From positions 24,718-88,717 of the forward strand of contig CAWFOM010000020.1 of assembly GCA_963817385.1 (NCBI GenBank): a DNA stretch of 64,000 nucleotides, in the 5' to 3' direction. The translations under genes were made by a program, and so were the position numbers. The DNA comes from an uncultured delta proteobacterium. Its GTDB lineage: Bacteria > Desulfobacterota > Syntrophia > Syntrophales > UBA5619. Shown here in pieces: positions 1 through 10,190 of this stretch. The notes beneath the pieces were generated by a model. That model was not told where the DNA came from. It made no database searches and saw nothing but the letters and a program-made list of their open reading frames with translations. Every line of letters begins with the position of its first letter. Position 1 is the first letter of the stretch.

Positions 1-1
1 C

Positions 2-1381
2 GAGCTGGTCTACATCTTCAGCAACCACTCCTCCCTGAGCAAGGTGAAGGTCGCCCTGAAGATCGATCCCGCCAAACCGGTCGCCCCGACGATCTCCACC
101 GTCTTTGACTGCGCATGCTGGTATGAGAGGGAGATCCGTGAGTTTTTCGGCGTTACCTTCGAAGGTCATCCCAACATGACCTATCTCTTTCTCCATGAGG
201 GGATCGATTATTACCCCCTGCGCAAGGGGCAGGTCCCGGTTTCCGAGGAAGATAAACGGTCGCTCGGCTCATACAGTCCGGAAGGAGGTGAGGACACCTT
301 CTGTGTCAACCTTGGGCCTCAGCATCCCAGCACGCACGGTGTGCTCAGGGTCGTTCTGAAGATGAACGGCGAATATATCGAAGAGGCGGACCCGGTTCTC
401 GGCTATCTCCACCGCATGCATGAGAAGATGGCGGAAAACAGGGGGTATCTGCAGTTTCACGCCAACACGGGCCGGATGGACTACCTGGGCGCAATGGCCT
501 TCAGCCTCGGGTACGTGACCGCCGTGGAGAGGCTATGCGGGATCGCCGTGCCTGACCGGGCGAACTATGTGCGCGTTATCGCCACGGAGCTCAACAGGCT
601 CTCCAGCCACCTGATGTGGCTGGGCGCCTATCTTGCCGACCTGGGGGCGCTCACCCCCTTCCTCTTTGTCTTCGACGACCGGGAACAGATAAACGACATC
701 CTCGAACCGGTCACCGGCTCCCGGCTCACCTACGCCTATTTCCGGTTCGGCGGGCTCTATAACGACGTTGACGAAAACTTTATCCCCGCAACAAAGGCGT
801 TTGTCGAGAGAATGAAAGGCCGCTTCGATCTGTATGAGAAGCTGGTCACCGGTAATGTGATTTTCATCAACCGGACCAGAGGAATCGGCGCTATCTCCAA
901 GGAGCGGGCCCGAAAATACGGTCTTTCCGGGCCGGTGCTCAGGGGGGCCGGGATAGCGATGGACATGAGAAAAACGGAACCCTGCGCCGCCTACGGGGCG
1001 ATGGACTTTGATGTTCCGGTGGGAACGCGCGGCGATGCCCTCGACATCTACCACGTGCGGGTAAAGGAGATGGAAAACGCCGTGAAGATCATCGAGCAGG
1101 CCCTGGCCGGACTTCCCGAAGGCCCCATCATGACGGAAAAGGTGCCGAAGAAACTCAAACCGCCGAAGGGGGACATCTATCATACGGTGGAAACGCCCCG
1201 CGGGGAACTGGGGATCTATATTGTCAGCGATGAAACCGACACCCCCTACCGAATGAAGTGGCGCGTACCCTCTTTTTCCAATCTGATGGTATTTCCCGAG
1301 CTGGCGAAAGGGAACCTGCTGGCCGATACCGTGGCGATCCTGGGGGGCCTGGATTTGGTCATACCGGAGATAGATCGATAA
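2..1381 (+). CDS. nuoCD: NADH-quinone oxidoreductase subunit C/D fusion (5'-truncated by window)
   Basis: The frame is open from position 2. NuoC motif [16 protein letters not shown] is followed by NuoD motifs [16 protein letters not shown] and ETPRGELG, with C-terminal DLVIPEIDR. No NiFe-binding CxxC motifs. Confidence 0.93.
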   Translation, partial: ELVYIFSNHSSLSKVKVALKIDPAKPVAPTISTVFDCACWYEREIREFFGVTFEGHPNMTYLFLHEGIDYYPLRKGQVPVSEEDKRSLGSYSPEGGEDTFCVNLGPQHPSTHGVLRVVLKMNGEYIEEADPVLGYLHRMHEKMAENRGYLQFHANTGRMDYLGAMAFSLGYVTAVERLCGIAVPDRANYVRVIATELNRLSSHLMWLGAYLADLGALTPFLFVFDDREQINDILEPVTGSRLTYAYFRFGGLYNDVDENFIPATKAFVERMKGRFDLYEKLVTGNVIFINRTRGIGAISKERARKYGLSGPVLRGAGIAMDMRKTEPCAAYGAMDFDVPVGTRGDALDIYHVRVKEMENAVKIIEQALAGLPEGPIMTEKVPKKLKPPKGDIYHTVETPRGELGIYIVSDETDTPYRMKWRVPSFSNLMVFPELAKGNLLADTVAILGGLDLVIPEIDR

Positions 1382-1394
1382 CTGTGATGGGTGC

Positions 1395-2366
1395 ATGGAG
1401 CAATTAGCGAACATAATCGGCTGGGAAGCGCTCAAGATGATCGTCGGTCTCGTCGGCGTTCTGGCTTTTGTCGTGGTCAACGCCCTGGTATTGACCTGGG
1501 CGGAGAGGAAAGTGGCCGGGCACATGCAGCGGCGGATCGGACCCAAAGAGGTCGGCCCCTACGGCTTGATTCAACCGATCGCCGATGCGCTCAAGCTCCT
1601 GGGCAAAGAGATCCTGACGCCGCGTGCGGTGGACAGACCCCTTTACTATCTTGCCCCCATCCTCATCTTCGTTCCCGTTCTGGTCTCGTTTATCGTCATT
1701 CCCTTTGACGCTTCTCTCGTGGTCAAGGACATAAACGTCGGCATCCTGGTGATCCTCGCCTTTTCCTCCCTTTCCATGTTTTCCATCCTGATGGCGGGCT
1801 GGGGGTCAAACAACAAATACGCCCTGATGGGGGCCATCAGGAGCATCGCCCAGAACATCGCCTATGAGATACCCATTCTGCTGTCCCTCCTGCCCGTCAT
1901 CATGATGGCCAACTCTTTTTCTCTGAAGTCCATTGTGGAAGCGCAGAAGGGTCTGTGGTTTGTCTTTTGCCAGCCCCTGGCTTTTTGCATCTATTTCATC
2001 GCCAGCGTGGCCGAGACCAACAGGACCCCGTTCGACCTGCCCGAGGCGGAGAGCGAGCTGGTGGCGGGGTATCACACGGAATACTCCGGCATGAGATTCG
2101 CCCTCTTTTTCCTTGCCGAGTATACGAATATGTTTATCGTCAGCGCCATCGCCGTCACGTTCTTCCTCGGCGGCTACCAGGGGCCCTTTTTGCCCGGTAT
2201 CATCTGGTTCCTGCTCAAATCGTATCTCCTGGTCTTCGTCATCATGTGGCTTAAATGGACCTTTCCCCGGGTGCGGTTCGACCAGCTCCTGAACATCGCC
2301 TGGAAAGCGCTCATCCCGCTGGCTTTCATCAACCTGCTCATAACGGGAGGGCTTTTAAAGTTATGA
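1395..2366 (+). CDS. nuoH: NADH-quinone oxidoreductase subunit H
   Basis: [21 protein letters not shown] and [26 protein letters not shown]. Confidence 0.96.
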   Translation: MEQLANIIGWEALKMIVGLVGVLAFVVVNALVLTWAERKVAGHMQRRIGPKEVGPYGLIQPIADALKLLGKEILTPRAVDRPLYYLAPILIFVPVLVSFIVIPFDASLVVKDINVGILVILAFSSLSMFSILMAGWGSNNKYALMGAIRSIAQNIAYEIPILLSLLPVIMMANSFSLKSIVEAQKGLWFVFCQPLAFCIYFIASVAETNRTPFDLPEAESELVAGYHTEYSGMRFALFFLAEYTNMFIVSAIAVTFFLGGYQGPFLPGIIWFLLKSYLLVFVIMWLKWTFPRVRFDQLLNIAWKALIPLAFINLLITGGLLKL

Positions 2367-2818
2367 CGTTATCACCTTCGGCATTCATCAAAGGCGCGGG
2401 TTCCCTGATAGCCGGCCTCGGAGTTACGCTCAAGGCGTTTTTTCAGCCGGTGGTGACCTCCCAGTATCCGCGCCACTTGTTGACGATCAGCCCGCGGTTC
2501 CGCAGTCATACCAAGCTCGTTGCCGACAAGGACAATCCGGATAAGAGCGCCTGTATCGCCTGCGGCATCTGCGTGAAGAACTGTCCGTCGGGGTCCATTG
2601 TCAGCGTCGACGGGGAAAAGCGGGAAGGGGAAAAGAGGAAGACCGCCACTTCCTATATGCTCGATTTTACCACGTGCAGCCAATGCGGAATCTGCGTGGA
2701 GGTCTGCCCGTACGACGCCCTCGACTTTTCCGCGGATTTCAACCTCGTGGGGTATAAACGGGAAGATTTTCATTTCGATCTGGTCAAGGAATTTGAAAAA
2801 AGGAAAAAACCATCATGA
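2363..2818 (+). CDS. nuoI: NADH-quinone oxidoreductase subunit I (2x[4Fe-4S])
   Basis: ATG at 2363 overlaps the nuoH stop (ATGA). Two CxxCxxCxxxCP motifs ([24 protein letters not shown]). Confidence 0.92.
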   Translation: MTLSPSAFIKGAGSLIAGLGVTLKAFFQPVVTSQYPRHLLTISPRFRSHTKLVADKDNPDKSACIACGICVKNCPSGSIVSVDGEKREGEKRKTATSYMLDFTTCSQCGICVEVCPYDALDFSADFNLVGYKREDFHFDLVKEFEKRKKPS

Positions 2819-3318
2819 GTTTTGGTGAAATCATCTTCCTTTTCATCATTGTTGTCACCATGGGCGGCGCCCTCATGGCCGTTTTGTCCGGCTCGATCGT
2901 CTATGCCTTGATGGGACTGGTCACCGCCATGTTCGGCATAGCCGGTCTGTATATCTATCTCAACAGCCCCTTCCTGGCCATGATGCAGATCCTCATCTAT
3001 GTGGGGGCCGTTTCCGTGCTGATCGCCTTTGCCGTCATGCTGATCGGCCCGCTTTACAAGAGTCCGAAAGAGTGGACCACCGCCGGCAAGTTCGGGGCGG
3101 CCCTGGGTGTTGCCCTGGTGTCCCTTTCGGTATTCGTCAGGTTCGTCATGGAAACATTTCCGAGAGGGGGAAAGCCCGCTTTTACCATGACGACAAAAGA
3201 GATCGGCCGCCTTTTTTTCGACAATCTGGTCCTGCCCTTTGAGCTGATATCGCTTCTTATCGTAGTGGCTATTTTAGGCGCGATCATGCTTGCCCTATTT
3301 TCCCGGGGGAACAAATGA
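2815..3318 (+). CDS. nuoJ: NADH-quinone oxidoreductase subunit J
   Basis: QILIYVGAVSVL and LPFELISLL motifs, hydrophobic, expected operon position. Confidence 0.93.
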   Translation: MSFGEIIFLFIIVVTMGGALMAVLSGSIVYALMGLVTAMFGIAGLYIYLNSPFLAMMQILIYVGAVSVLIAFAVMLIGPLYKSPKEWTTAGKFGAALGVALVSLSVFVRFVMETFPRGGKPAFTMTTKEIGRLFFDNLVLPFELISLLIVVAILGAIMLALFSRGNK

Positions 3319-3638
3319 CCGATTTTTTCTACAACTATCTGCATATCTATCTCTTTGTCGCAATTTTTTTCCTCTTTTGCGGGATTGCCGGCGTGGTGTA
3401 CCGGCGCACCCTGATCGGGATGCTGGTGTCGATGGAGCTGATTATGAACGGCGCCGGATTGAATCTGGTGGCCCTGAACCGATTCGTTTCCCCCGAGAAT
3501 GCCACCGGGATGGCGTTTACCCTGATCATCATGGGGATCGCCGCGGCGGAAGCGGCCATTGCGCTGGGCATCATTATCCTCATTTTCAGGAAATACGGAC
3601 ACATCGAAGGCGGAGATTTGAAGGAGATGAAAGACTGA
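3315..3638 (+). CDS. nuoK: NADH-quinone oxidoreductase subunit K
   Basis: Three TM segments, SMELIMN and AAAEAAIAL. Confidence 0.93.
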   Translation: MTDFFYNYLHIYLFVAIFFLFCGIAGVVYRRTLIGMLVSMELIMNGAGLNLVALNRFVSPENATGMAFTLIIMGIAAAEAAIALGIIILIFRKYGHIEGGDLKEMKD

Positions 3639-3641
3639 CCT

Positions 3642-5111
3642 ATGGTTATTGAGAGCGCACTACCCCTTTTGCCGATCGGCATTGTTCTCATCGTCTCCAT
3701 TCTCATCATGGTTTCGGGGAAGCGGCCGAATCTGCGGGAGTTCTGGTCCGTTGCCGGCGCAGTGCTGACCTTCATTTCCGTGGCGGCCATGGTTCCCACG
3801 ATCTGGCAGGGCGGCCGTATCGTGTATACCCTCTCCGCCATCGCCCCGGGCATCAACCTGAATTTCCGGGTGGACGCCCTCTCGCTCATCTTCGGTATCG
3901 TTTCGTCATTTCTGTGGATATTTGCCTCCATCTACAACATCGGCTACATGCGGAGCCTGAACGAGCATGCCCAGACACGGTACTACACCTGCTTTGCCGC
4001 TGCGATCGTCGGAGCGCAGGGTGTTTCCTATTCGGGCGGTCTCTTCTCCCTCTATCTCTTCTACGAGATCATCACCCTCTTTACCTATCCGCTGGTGGCC
4101 CACCATCAGGATGAGGAGGGGTATGCGGGGGCAAAGAAATACCTGGTGTATCTCATGGGGACGTCGAAGGGGTTGCTCCTTCCCGCCCTTATCCTGACCT
4201 ATGTGATGACCGGGACGCTGGATTTTGCCGACAATATCCGTACCGGCATCTTCCCCGCCACGGCCGATCATCTCTGGATCACCGTAACCTACGTGCTCTT
4301 CATCGCCGGGTTTGCCAAGGCCGCCATCATGCCCTTCCACAACTGGCTGCCTTCGGCCATGGTCGCCCCGACGCCGGTCAGCGCCCTGCTGCATGCGGTT
4401 GCCGTGGTGAAGGCCGGCGTTTTCTGTATCTCCCGGGTCATGCTCTCCACCTTCGGGACCAATTGCCTTCAGGAGCTGGGGATCGGTCTTATCACGGCCT
4501 ACGTCGTATCCTTCACGATCCTGGCGGCCTCCATCATCGCCCTCACGAAGGACGACCTGAAGGCGCGGCTGGCCTATTCCACGGTCAGTCAGCTGTCGTA
4601 CATCATCCTCGGGGTGGCCCTTCTCGACAATACGGGCGTGCTGGGCGGGATCATCCATATCGTCAATCACGGTTTCAGCAAGATCACGCTCTTCTTCTGC
4701 GCCGGGGCCATCTATGTGGCCCACCATAAGAAGAAGATCAGCGACATGGCGGGGATCGGATACGCAATGCCCTTTACGATGGGGGCCTTTGCCCTGGCTT
4801 CGCTCAGCATGATCGGCGCGCCGCCGGTCGCCGGTTTCGTGACGAAGTGGTACCTGCTCAACGGCGCCCTCGAGATCAGGAACATCCCGATCCTCATCGT
4901 GCTGATGGCGAGCACGATCCTGAACGCCGGGTATTTCGTCCCCATCACCATCCGGGCTTTTTTTGAAGGAAAAAAAGAACGGTGGAGCAGAAAAGATATT
5001 CAGGAGGCGCCCATGACGATGGTCGTGCCCATCGTACTGGCGTCCCTCATCTCGCTTCTTCTCGGCGTGTATCCCGACTTCTTTGTAGGGCTCATCGGGA
5101 AGCTATTTTAG
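3642..5111 (+). CDS. MrpD-like monovalent cation/H+ antiporter subunit (proton-pumping module)
   Basis: FYE, KAAIMPFHNWLPSAMVAPTPVSALLHAVAVVKAG, LAYSTVSQLSY and HGFSKITLFF. Lacks the long NuoL C-terminal extension. Confidence 0.9.
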   Translation: MVIESALPLLPIGIVLIVSILIMVSGKRPNLREFWSVAGAVLTFISVAAMVPTIWQGGRIVYTLSAIAPGINLNFRVDALSLIFGIVSSFLWIFASIYNIGYMRSLNEHAQTRYYTCFAAAIVGAQGVSYSGGLFSLYLFYEIITLFTYPLVAHHQDEEGYAGAKKYLVYLMGTSKGLLLPALILTYVMTGTLDFADNIRTGIFPATADHLWITVTYVLFIAGFAKAAIMPFHNWLPSAMVAPTPVSALLHAVAVVKAGVFCISRVMLSTFGTNCLQELGIGLITAYVVSFTILAASIIALTKDDLKARLAYSTVSQLSYIILGVALLDNTGVLGGIIHIVNHGFSKITLFFCAGAIYVAHHKKKISDMAGIGYAMPFTMGAFALASLSMIGAPPVAGFVTKWYLLNGALEIRNIPILIVLMASTILNAGYFVPITIRAFFEGKKERWSRKDIQEAPMTMVVPIVLASLISLLLGVYPDFFVGLIGKLF

Positions 5112-5125
5112 ATGAGAGGTTTACC

Positions 5126-5374
5126 ATGACTGTATTGAACGCCATTGAATACTTGAGAAGAAATTCCGCCCTTCTGAAGAAGGCCTTTTTTCTCTTCCTG
5201 GGGGCGTTGGTTTTACTGGATGTTTTTTTGCCGCGGGAGAATGCCCACTACTTCGTGGATACCATTTATGCCTTCTGGACGCTCTTTTCCCTGGTGGGTT
5301 GCTTTCTCCTCATCAAGGTAAGCAAAGGCATCGCGCATATGTTTTTGAGCAAGGACGAGGATTATTATGGATAG
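5126..5374 (+). CDS. small 2-TM membrane protein of the Nuo/Mrp operon
   Basis: ATG at 5126 after a GAGG SD. 82 aa with two hydrophobic segments, C-terminal DEDYYG. Overlaps the next start. Confidence 0.7.
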   Translation: MTVLNAIEYLRRNSALLKKAFFLFLGALVLLDVFLPRENAHYFVDTIYAFWTLFSLVGCFLLIKVSKGIAHMFLSKDEDYYG

Positions 5375-7125
5375 TTGGATACATCCGGCGCTGTTCTTTT
5401 TCCTGGGAGCCTTGCTCCTGCCCCTCTTCAAGGGGAAGGCAAAGAAGGGGTTTATCCTCCTTATTCCCGTTGGTGCCATTGTGTCCGTAGCGCTTGCCCG
5501 GTACGGCATGTACGGGGGGTACCATTTTCTCGGCGCGCAGGGTCTGTTCGGCCGGGTCGACAAACTGAGCATGGTCTTTGCCTGGGTATTCGTCATCATG
5601 GCCTTCCTGGGCGCCCTCTATGCCCTGCACCGGGAGGAAGACGGGCACCACATGGCCGGTTTCTTCTATGTGGGGAGCTCCCTGGGGGCGGTCTTCGCCG
5701 GCGATTACCTTACCCTCTTCATCTTCTGGGAGATCATGGCCTTCTCTTCCGTCTTTCTCATCTGGTACCGGAAGGGGAAAAAAGCGATCGAGGCCGGTTT
5801 CCGCTATCTCCTGTTTCACGTCTTCGGCGGGACTCCTGTTCTTTACCGGGATGATGCTCTATTACTACAAGACCGGGAGCTTCGTCTTCGACAGCATCCT
5901 TCCCGCCAACGCCTCCTGGCCGGAGTACCTGATTCTCGCCGGGTTTGCCCTGAACGCCGCGGTGCTGCCGCTCCACGCGTGGCTGCCCGATGCGTATCCG
6001 GAGGCGACTGTGGAGGGGGCCGTCTTTCTCTGCGCCTTCACCACCAAAACGGCGGTCTACGTCCTGGCCAGGGGTTTTTCCGGCTTTGAGATCCTCGCCA
6101 TCATGGGAACGGCCATGACCGTGTTCGGCGTCTGCTACGCCGTCATCGAAAACGACATCCGCCGCGTCCTTGCCTATCACATCATCAGCCAGGTCGGCTA
6201 CATGGTGGCCGGCGTCGGCATCGGCACCGCGATGGCCGTCAACGGCGCCGCGGCCCATGCCTTTGCCCACATCCTCTACAAGGCGCTTCTCTTCATGGGC
6301 GCCGGGTCCGTGCTGTACGTGACGGGGACGGCGAAACTCTCCCGCCTCGGCGGGCTGTACAAGTACATGCCGCTCACGATGATCTTCTATGTCGTGGGCG
6401 CCGTCTCGATTTCGGGGTTCCCCCTGTTCAGCGGGTTTGTGAGCAAATCGATGATCGTCTCCGCGGCGCATCATGAGGGAAGGATCTGGCTCATGCAGCT
6501 CCTCAATCTGGCGGGCATCGGTACCTTCCTTTCCGTGGGATTGAAGGTCACCTACTTTGCGTTCTTCGGCAAGGAGGCGGCGGAGCCTCTCAATGCCAAG
6601 GAACCGCCGCTCAACATGCTCTGGGCCATGGGACTCACGGCGCTTCTCTGTTTCATCATCGGCGTCTTCCCGCAGACCCTGTATGTTCTTCTGCCGTTCC
6701 CGGTGGAGTACCACCCCTACAACCTTGCCCACCTCTCCGAGGTGATGCAGATCCTTGCCTTTACCGGGCTTGTCTTCTACCTGATGGTGAAGAAACTTAC
6801 ACCGGAGGCGAAGATGAACCTCGACGTGGATTGGTTCTATCGCAAGGGCGCGCTGCTTTTCCTCAAGTTCGACGAAAAGGTCATCGCCCCGTTCGATACG
6901 TTCTGGGGCGAGCTTTACCGCACCCTGGGGCTCCGCGCGCTGTTCAAGAATGCCGAGCTCTCCTACACCTTCGACCGGAAGGCGATCGACGGGGTCGTCG
7001 ACGGCTCGGCATATTCCGTCATGGATTTCGGCTCTGTCGTGAAAAAGATGCAGACGGGAAGGATCCAGACGTACATCGGGCTTTCGCTTTTCCTGTTTTT
7101 TACGCTCCTGTGGCTGATTTTATAG
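5367..7125 (+). CDS. second MrpD-like Na+/H+ antiporter subunit (apparent +1 frameshift at 5829-5831)
   Basis: ORF 5367 (FIFWEIMA..RYLLFHVFGG) continues in the frame of ORF 5578 (LHAWLPDAYPEA, FTTKTAVY, LAYHIISQVGYM). Removing one G of GGG at 5829-5831 gives a 585-aa protein. Confidence 0.85.
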
Positions 7126-7167
7126 GTGCATGACACGCCGATTTCGCTGCACGAAGGCTTTTAAGGA

Positions 7168-8661
7168 ATGGAGACCATGTCACAATACTTGATCATGAAT
7201 CCCTTCGGGTTCCCCATACTTTCCACGGTGATCTTTCTCCCCCTGGTGGGGGTGCTCCTCATTCTTTTGATGAGGGATGAAAACAGGATCAAGATTACGG
7301 CCTTCGTCGCGGGCATGCTCACGCTCATCGTCTCGCTGGCGCTTTTTTTCAACTTTGACGCCCGTACGCCGCTCTTCCAGTTCGGCGAGCGCCTCGCCTG
7401 GATCCCGGCCTATAATATCAACTATGTCCTGGGGGTTGACGGCATCTCGATCATGCTGATCGTCCTGACGGCCATGATCTCGCCGATCTGCGTCCTTTGC
7501 TCCTGGAAGGCGATCGAGAAGCGGGTGAAGGAATTCATGATCTGCATCCTGCTCATGGAGACGGCGATGATCGGCGTCTTCTGCTCGCTTGATTTCATCC
7601 TGTTTTACGTTTTCTGGGAGGCCATGCTCATCCCGATGTACCTCCTCATCGCCGTCTGGGGCGGGCCGCAGAAGGATTACGCATCGCTCAAGTTCTTCAT
7701 CTACACCCTGTTCGGCAGCGTCTTTCTCCTGGTCGCCATCATCGCCCTCTATCTGGCGAACGGCACGTTCAGCATCCCCGAAGCGATGTTCAAAGGCTAC
7801 AGCTTCCCCTTCCAGTTCTGGGTGTTCTTGGCCTTTGCCATTGCCTTCGCGATCAAGGTGCCCATGTTTCCGTTTCACACCTGGTTGCCGGCCGCCCACA
7901 CGGAAGCGCCGACGGCGGGCAGCGTGTTCCTGGCGAGCATCCTCCTGAAGATGGGCACCTACGGGTTCATCCGGTTTTGCCTGCCCATCGTTCCCCAGGC
8001 CAGTTTCTATTTCGCCCCCTTCATGGTTGTCCTCTCCATTATCGCCATCATCTACGGGGGCTTCGTCTGCCTGAGCCAGACGGACATGAAAAAACTGATC
8101 GCCTATTCGAGCGTGGCCCATATGGGCTTCGTGACCCTGGGCATATTCACCTTTACCATCTATGGTTTTGTGGGCGCCATGCTCCAGATGCTCAACCACG
8201 GCATCACGACGGGCGCGCTCTTCCTCATGGTGGGCATCATCTACGAACGCACGCACAGCCGCCAGATCTACGACAATGCCGGGCTCGGAAAGTTCCTGCC
8301 CGTGTATGTGGGATTCTTCGGCCTGTTTGCCGTCTCCTCCTTTGCCTTTCCCGGGACGAACAGTTTTGTGGGCGAGCTGTATGTCCTCATCAGCACCTTT
8401 GCCGGCAGCAAGATTGCCGGTTTCTTCGCCGTGATCGGAGCGGTGGTGGCGGCCGCCTACATGCTGAAACTCCTCAAACAGATCGTCTGGGGCAGGGAAG
8501 ACAAAAGGGACTTGAAAGACTTGAACGCAAGGGAAATTATCTATCTGCTGCCGCTTGCCGTTTTCGTCTTCTGGGTGGGGCTTTTCCCCCGTCCCTTCGT
8601 TCAGGTTATGGAAACCACACTGGTGAATCTCCATATGCACCTTAATAAATTATCCCATTAA
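7168..8661 (+). CDS. nuoM: NADH-quinone oxidoreductase subunit M
   Basis: FWEAMLIPMY, KVPMFPFHTWLPAAHTEAP, LKMGTYG, IAYSSVAHMG and FPGTNSFVGE. Confidence 0.95.
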   Translation: METMSQYLIMNPFGFPILSTVIFLPLVGVLLILLMRDENRIKITAFVAGMLTLIVSLALFFNFDARTPLFQFGERLAWIPAYNINYVLGVDGISIMLIVLTAMISPICVLCSWKAIEKRVKEFMICILLMETAMIGVFCSLDFILFYVFWEAMLIPMYLLIAVWGGPQKDYASLKFFIYTLFGSVFLLVAIIALYLANGTFSIPEAMFKGYSFPFQFWVFLAFAIAFAIKVPMFPFHTWLPAAHTEAPTAGSVFLASILLKMGTYGFIRFCLPIVPQASFYFAPFMVVLSIIAIIYGGFVCLSQTDMKKLIAYSSVAHMGFVTLGIFTFTIYGFVGAMLQMLNHGITTGALFLMVGIIYERTHSRQIYDNAGLGKFLPVYVGFFGLFAVSSFAFPGTNSFVGELYVLISTFAGSKIAGFFAVIGAVVAAAYMLKLLKQIVWGREDKRDLKDLNAREIIYLLPLAVFVFWVGLFPRPFVQVMETTLVNLHMHLNKLSH

Positions 8662-8673
8662 GGGGTTGACCCG

Positions 8674-10059
8674 ATGATGCTGCTTCCTGAAATATACCTG
8701 TTTTTATTTTCCGTTTTCTTTCTCTTCCTTTCCGTGGGGAAGAAGAAGTTCTCCGTTTTTACCGCGGCAAAGGTACTTGCCCTGGTGGGCTTTGCCGTCA
8801 CCCTGGCCTGCGCGGGCGCACGGGGAGAGCTCTTTGCCTCGGCCTACCAGGTGGATTTTTTCTCCCAGGTATTCAAGGTGTTGCTCTCCACGGGATTTAC
8901 CCTGGTCGTCTTCATGTTCGAGCGGGAGGATGAAGTCGATAACTTATCTGAATATTTCATGTTTCTTGGTTTTTCGACCCTGGGTCTGATGATCCTTGTC
9001 AGTTCGGTGGAGCTGATTTCCATCGTCATCTCCCTGGAAATTTCCTCGTTCAGCCTCTATGCGATCGTTCCGCTCAGGAAGGCCCAGACAAAGTTGCAGC
9101 TTGAAGCGGCAATGAAATATCTCTTTTTCGGCGCCATTTCGACGGGCATCATGCTGTACGGCATGGGCTATCTTTACGGCGTGGCGCATTCAACGTATCT
9201 TGCGGAGATCTTTGCAACATGGACGAATCTTCTCTCCAAGCCGCTCGGGGTGCTGGCATTGATCCTTACCCTGACGGCTTTTTTCTTTAAGCTTTCTCTT
9301 TTCCCTCTCCATTTCTGGGCGCCGGACATCTACGAAGGCGCATCCGATGCCACGACCACGTTTATCGCGACGATTCCCAAGATCGCCGCGACGGCCCTGC
9401 TCATCAGACTGGCCATGCTCTCCTCGCTTGCGCCGGTGCAACTGGCGACGGTCATCATTGTTCTCGCCGCTTTTTCCATGACCATCGGCAACCTGGTGGG
9501 GCTTGTCCAGACGGATGTGAAGAGGCTGCTCGCCTATTCGGGAATCGCCCACGCGGGCTACCTGATGATGGGTCTCCTCTCCTTCAACGATGAAGGGAAT
9601 GCAGCGGTCATCTACTATATTACCGTTTATCTCTTCATGAATCTTGGCCTGTTCTATGTGGTCATGCTCCTGGCGCGCAGGGGGAACAATGTCTCGATAA
9701 ACGACCTGAGCGGTCTTGCCCGAAGGTCGCCCCTGCTGGCCCTGACCCTCGCCGTCGCCGCCTTCTCGCTGGCGGGGATTCCCCCAACGGGCGGTTTCAC
9801 CGGCAAGTTCTTTCTGTTTGTCAACGCCTTCAAGGCGGGGTATCTCACCATCGTCATTATCGCCGCCGTCAATACGGTCATATCCATCTTCTACTACCTC
9901 AACCTCGTGAGGATCGGCTATTCCCGCGAGTCGACGGATCTGCAACCGCTCAGCCTGGCCTTTCATGAAAAGGTGCTCTGCTATGTCTTCAATGTCATCA
10001 TCATTCTCCTGGGCCTTCTCCCCTTCGGCATCCTCGATCTCTTCCGCCGCGCCATGTAG
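8674..10059 (+). CDS. nuoN: NADH-quinone oxidoreductase subunit N
   Basis: EAAMKY, FKLSLFPLHFWAPDIYEGA, KRLLAYSGIAHAGY and SLAGIPPTGGFTGK. Confidence 0.95.
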   Translation: MMLLPEIYLFLFSVFFLFLSVGKKKFSVFTAAKVLALVGFAVTLACAGARGELFASAYQVDFFSQVFKVLLSTGFTLVVFMFEREDEVDNLSEYFMFLGFSTLGLMILVSSVELISIVISLEISSFSLYAIVPLRKAQTKLQLEAAMKYLFFGAISTGIMLYGMGYLYGVAHSTYLAEIFATWTNLLSKPLGVLALILTLTAFFFKLSLFPLHFWAPDIYEGASDATTTFIATIPKIAATALLIRLAMLSSLAPVQLATVIIVLAAFSMTIGNLVGLVQTDVKRLLAYSGIAHAGYLMMGLLSFNDEGNAAVIYYITVYLFMNLGLFYVVMLLARRGNNVSINDLSGLARRSPLLALTLAVAAFSLAGIPPTGGFTGKFFLFVNAFKAGYLTIVIIAAVNTVISIFYYLNLVRIGYSRESTDLQPLSLAFHEKVLCYVFNVIIILLGLLPFGILDLFRRAM

Positions 10060-10190
10060 GGACTGGCTCTCGGGCAGACCGGAATTGCCGTGTCATTAAC
10101 ACACTTACACACGTAACACGTGCTGTGTAAAAGTCAGACAGGGGCCTTTGTCTGTCGGATGCCGGTAAGCAGTCGCAAAGGGAAACGGTC

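Noticed and set aside
44..1381. Group 4 [NiFe]-hydrogenase large subunit
   Set aside because: No N- or C-terminal CxxC motifs. RMDY and terminal EIDR are NuoD-type.
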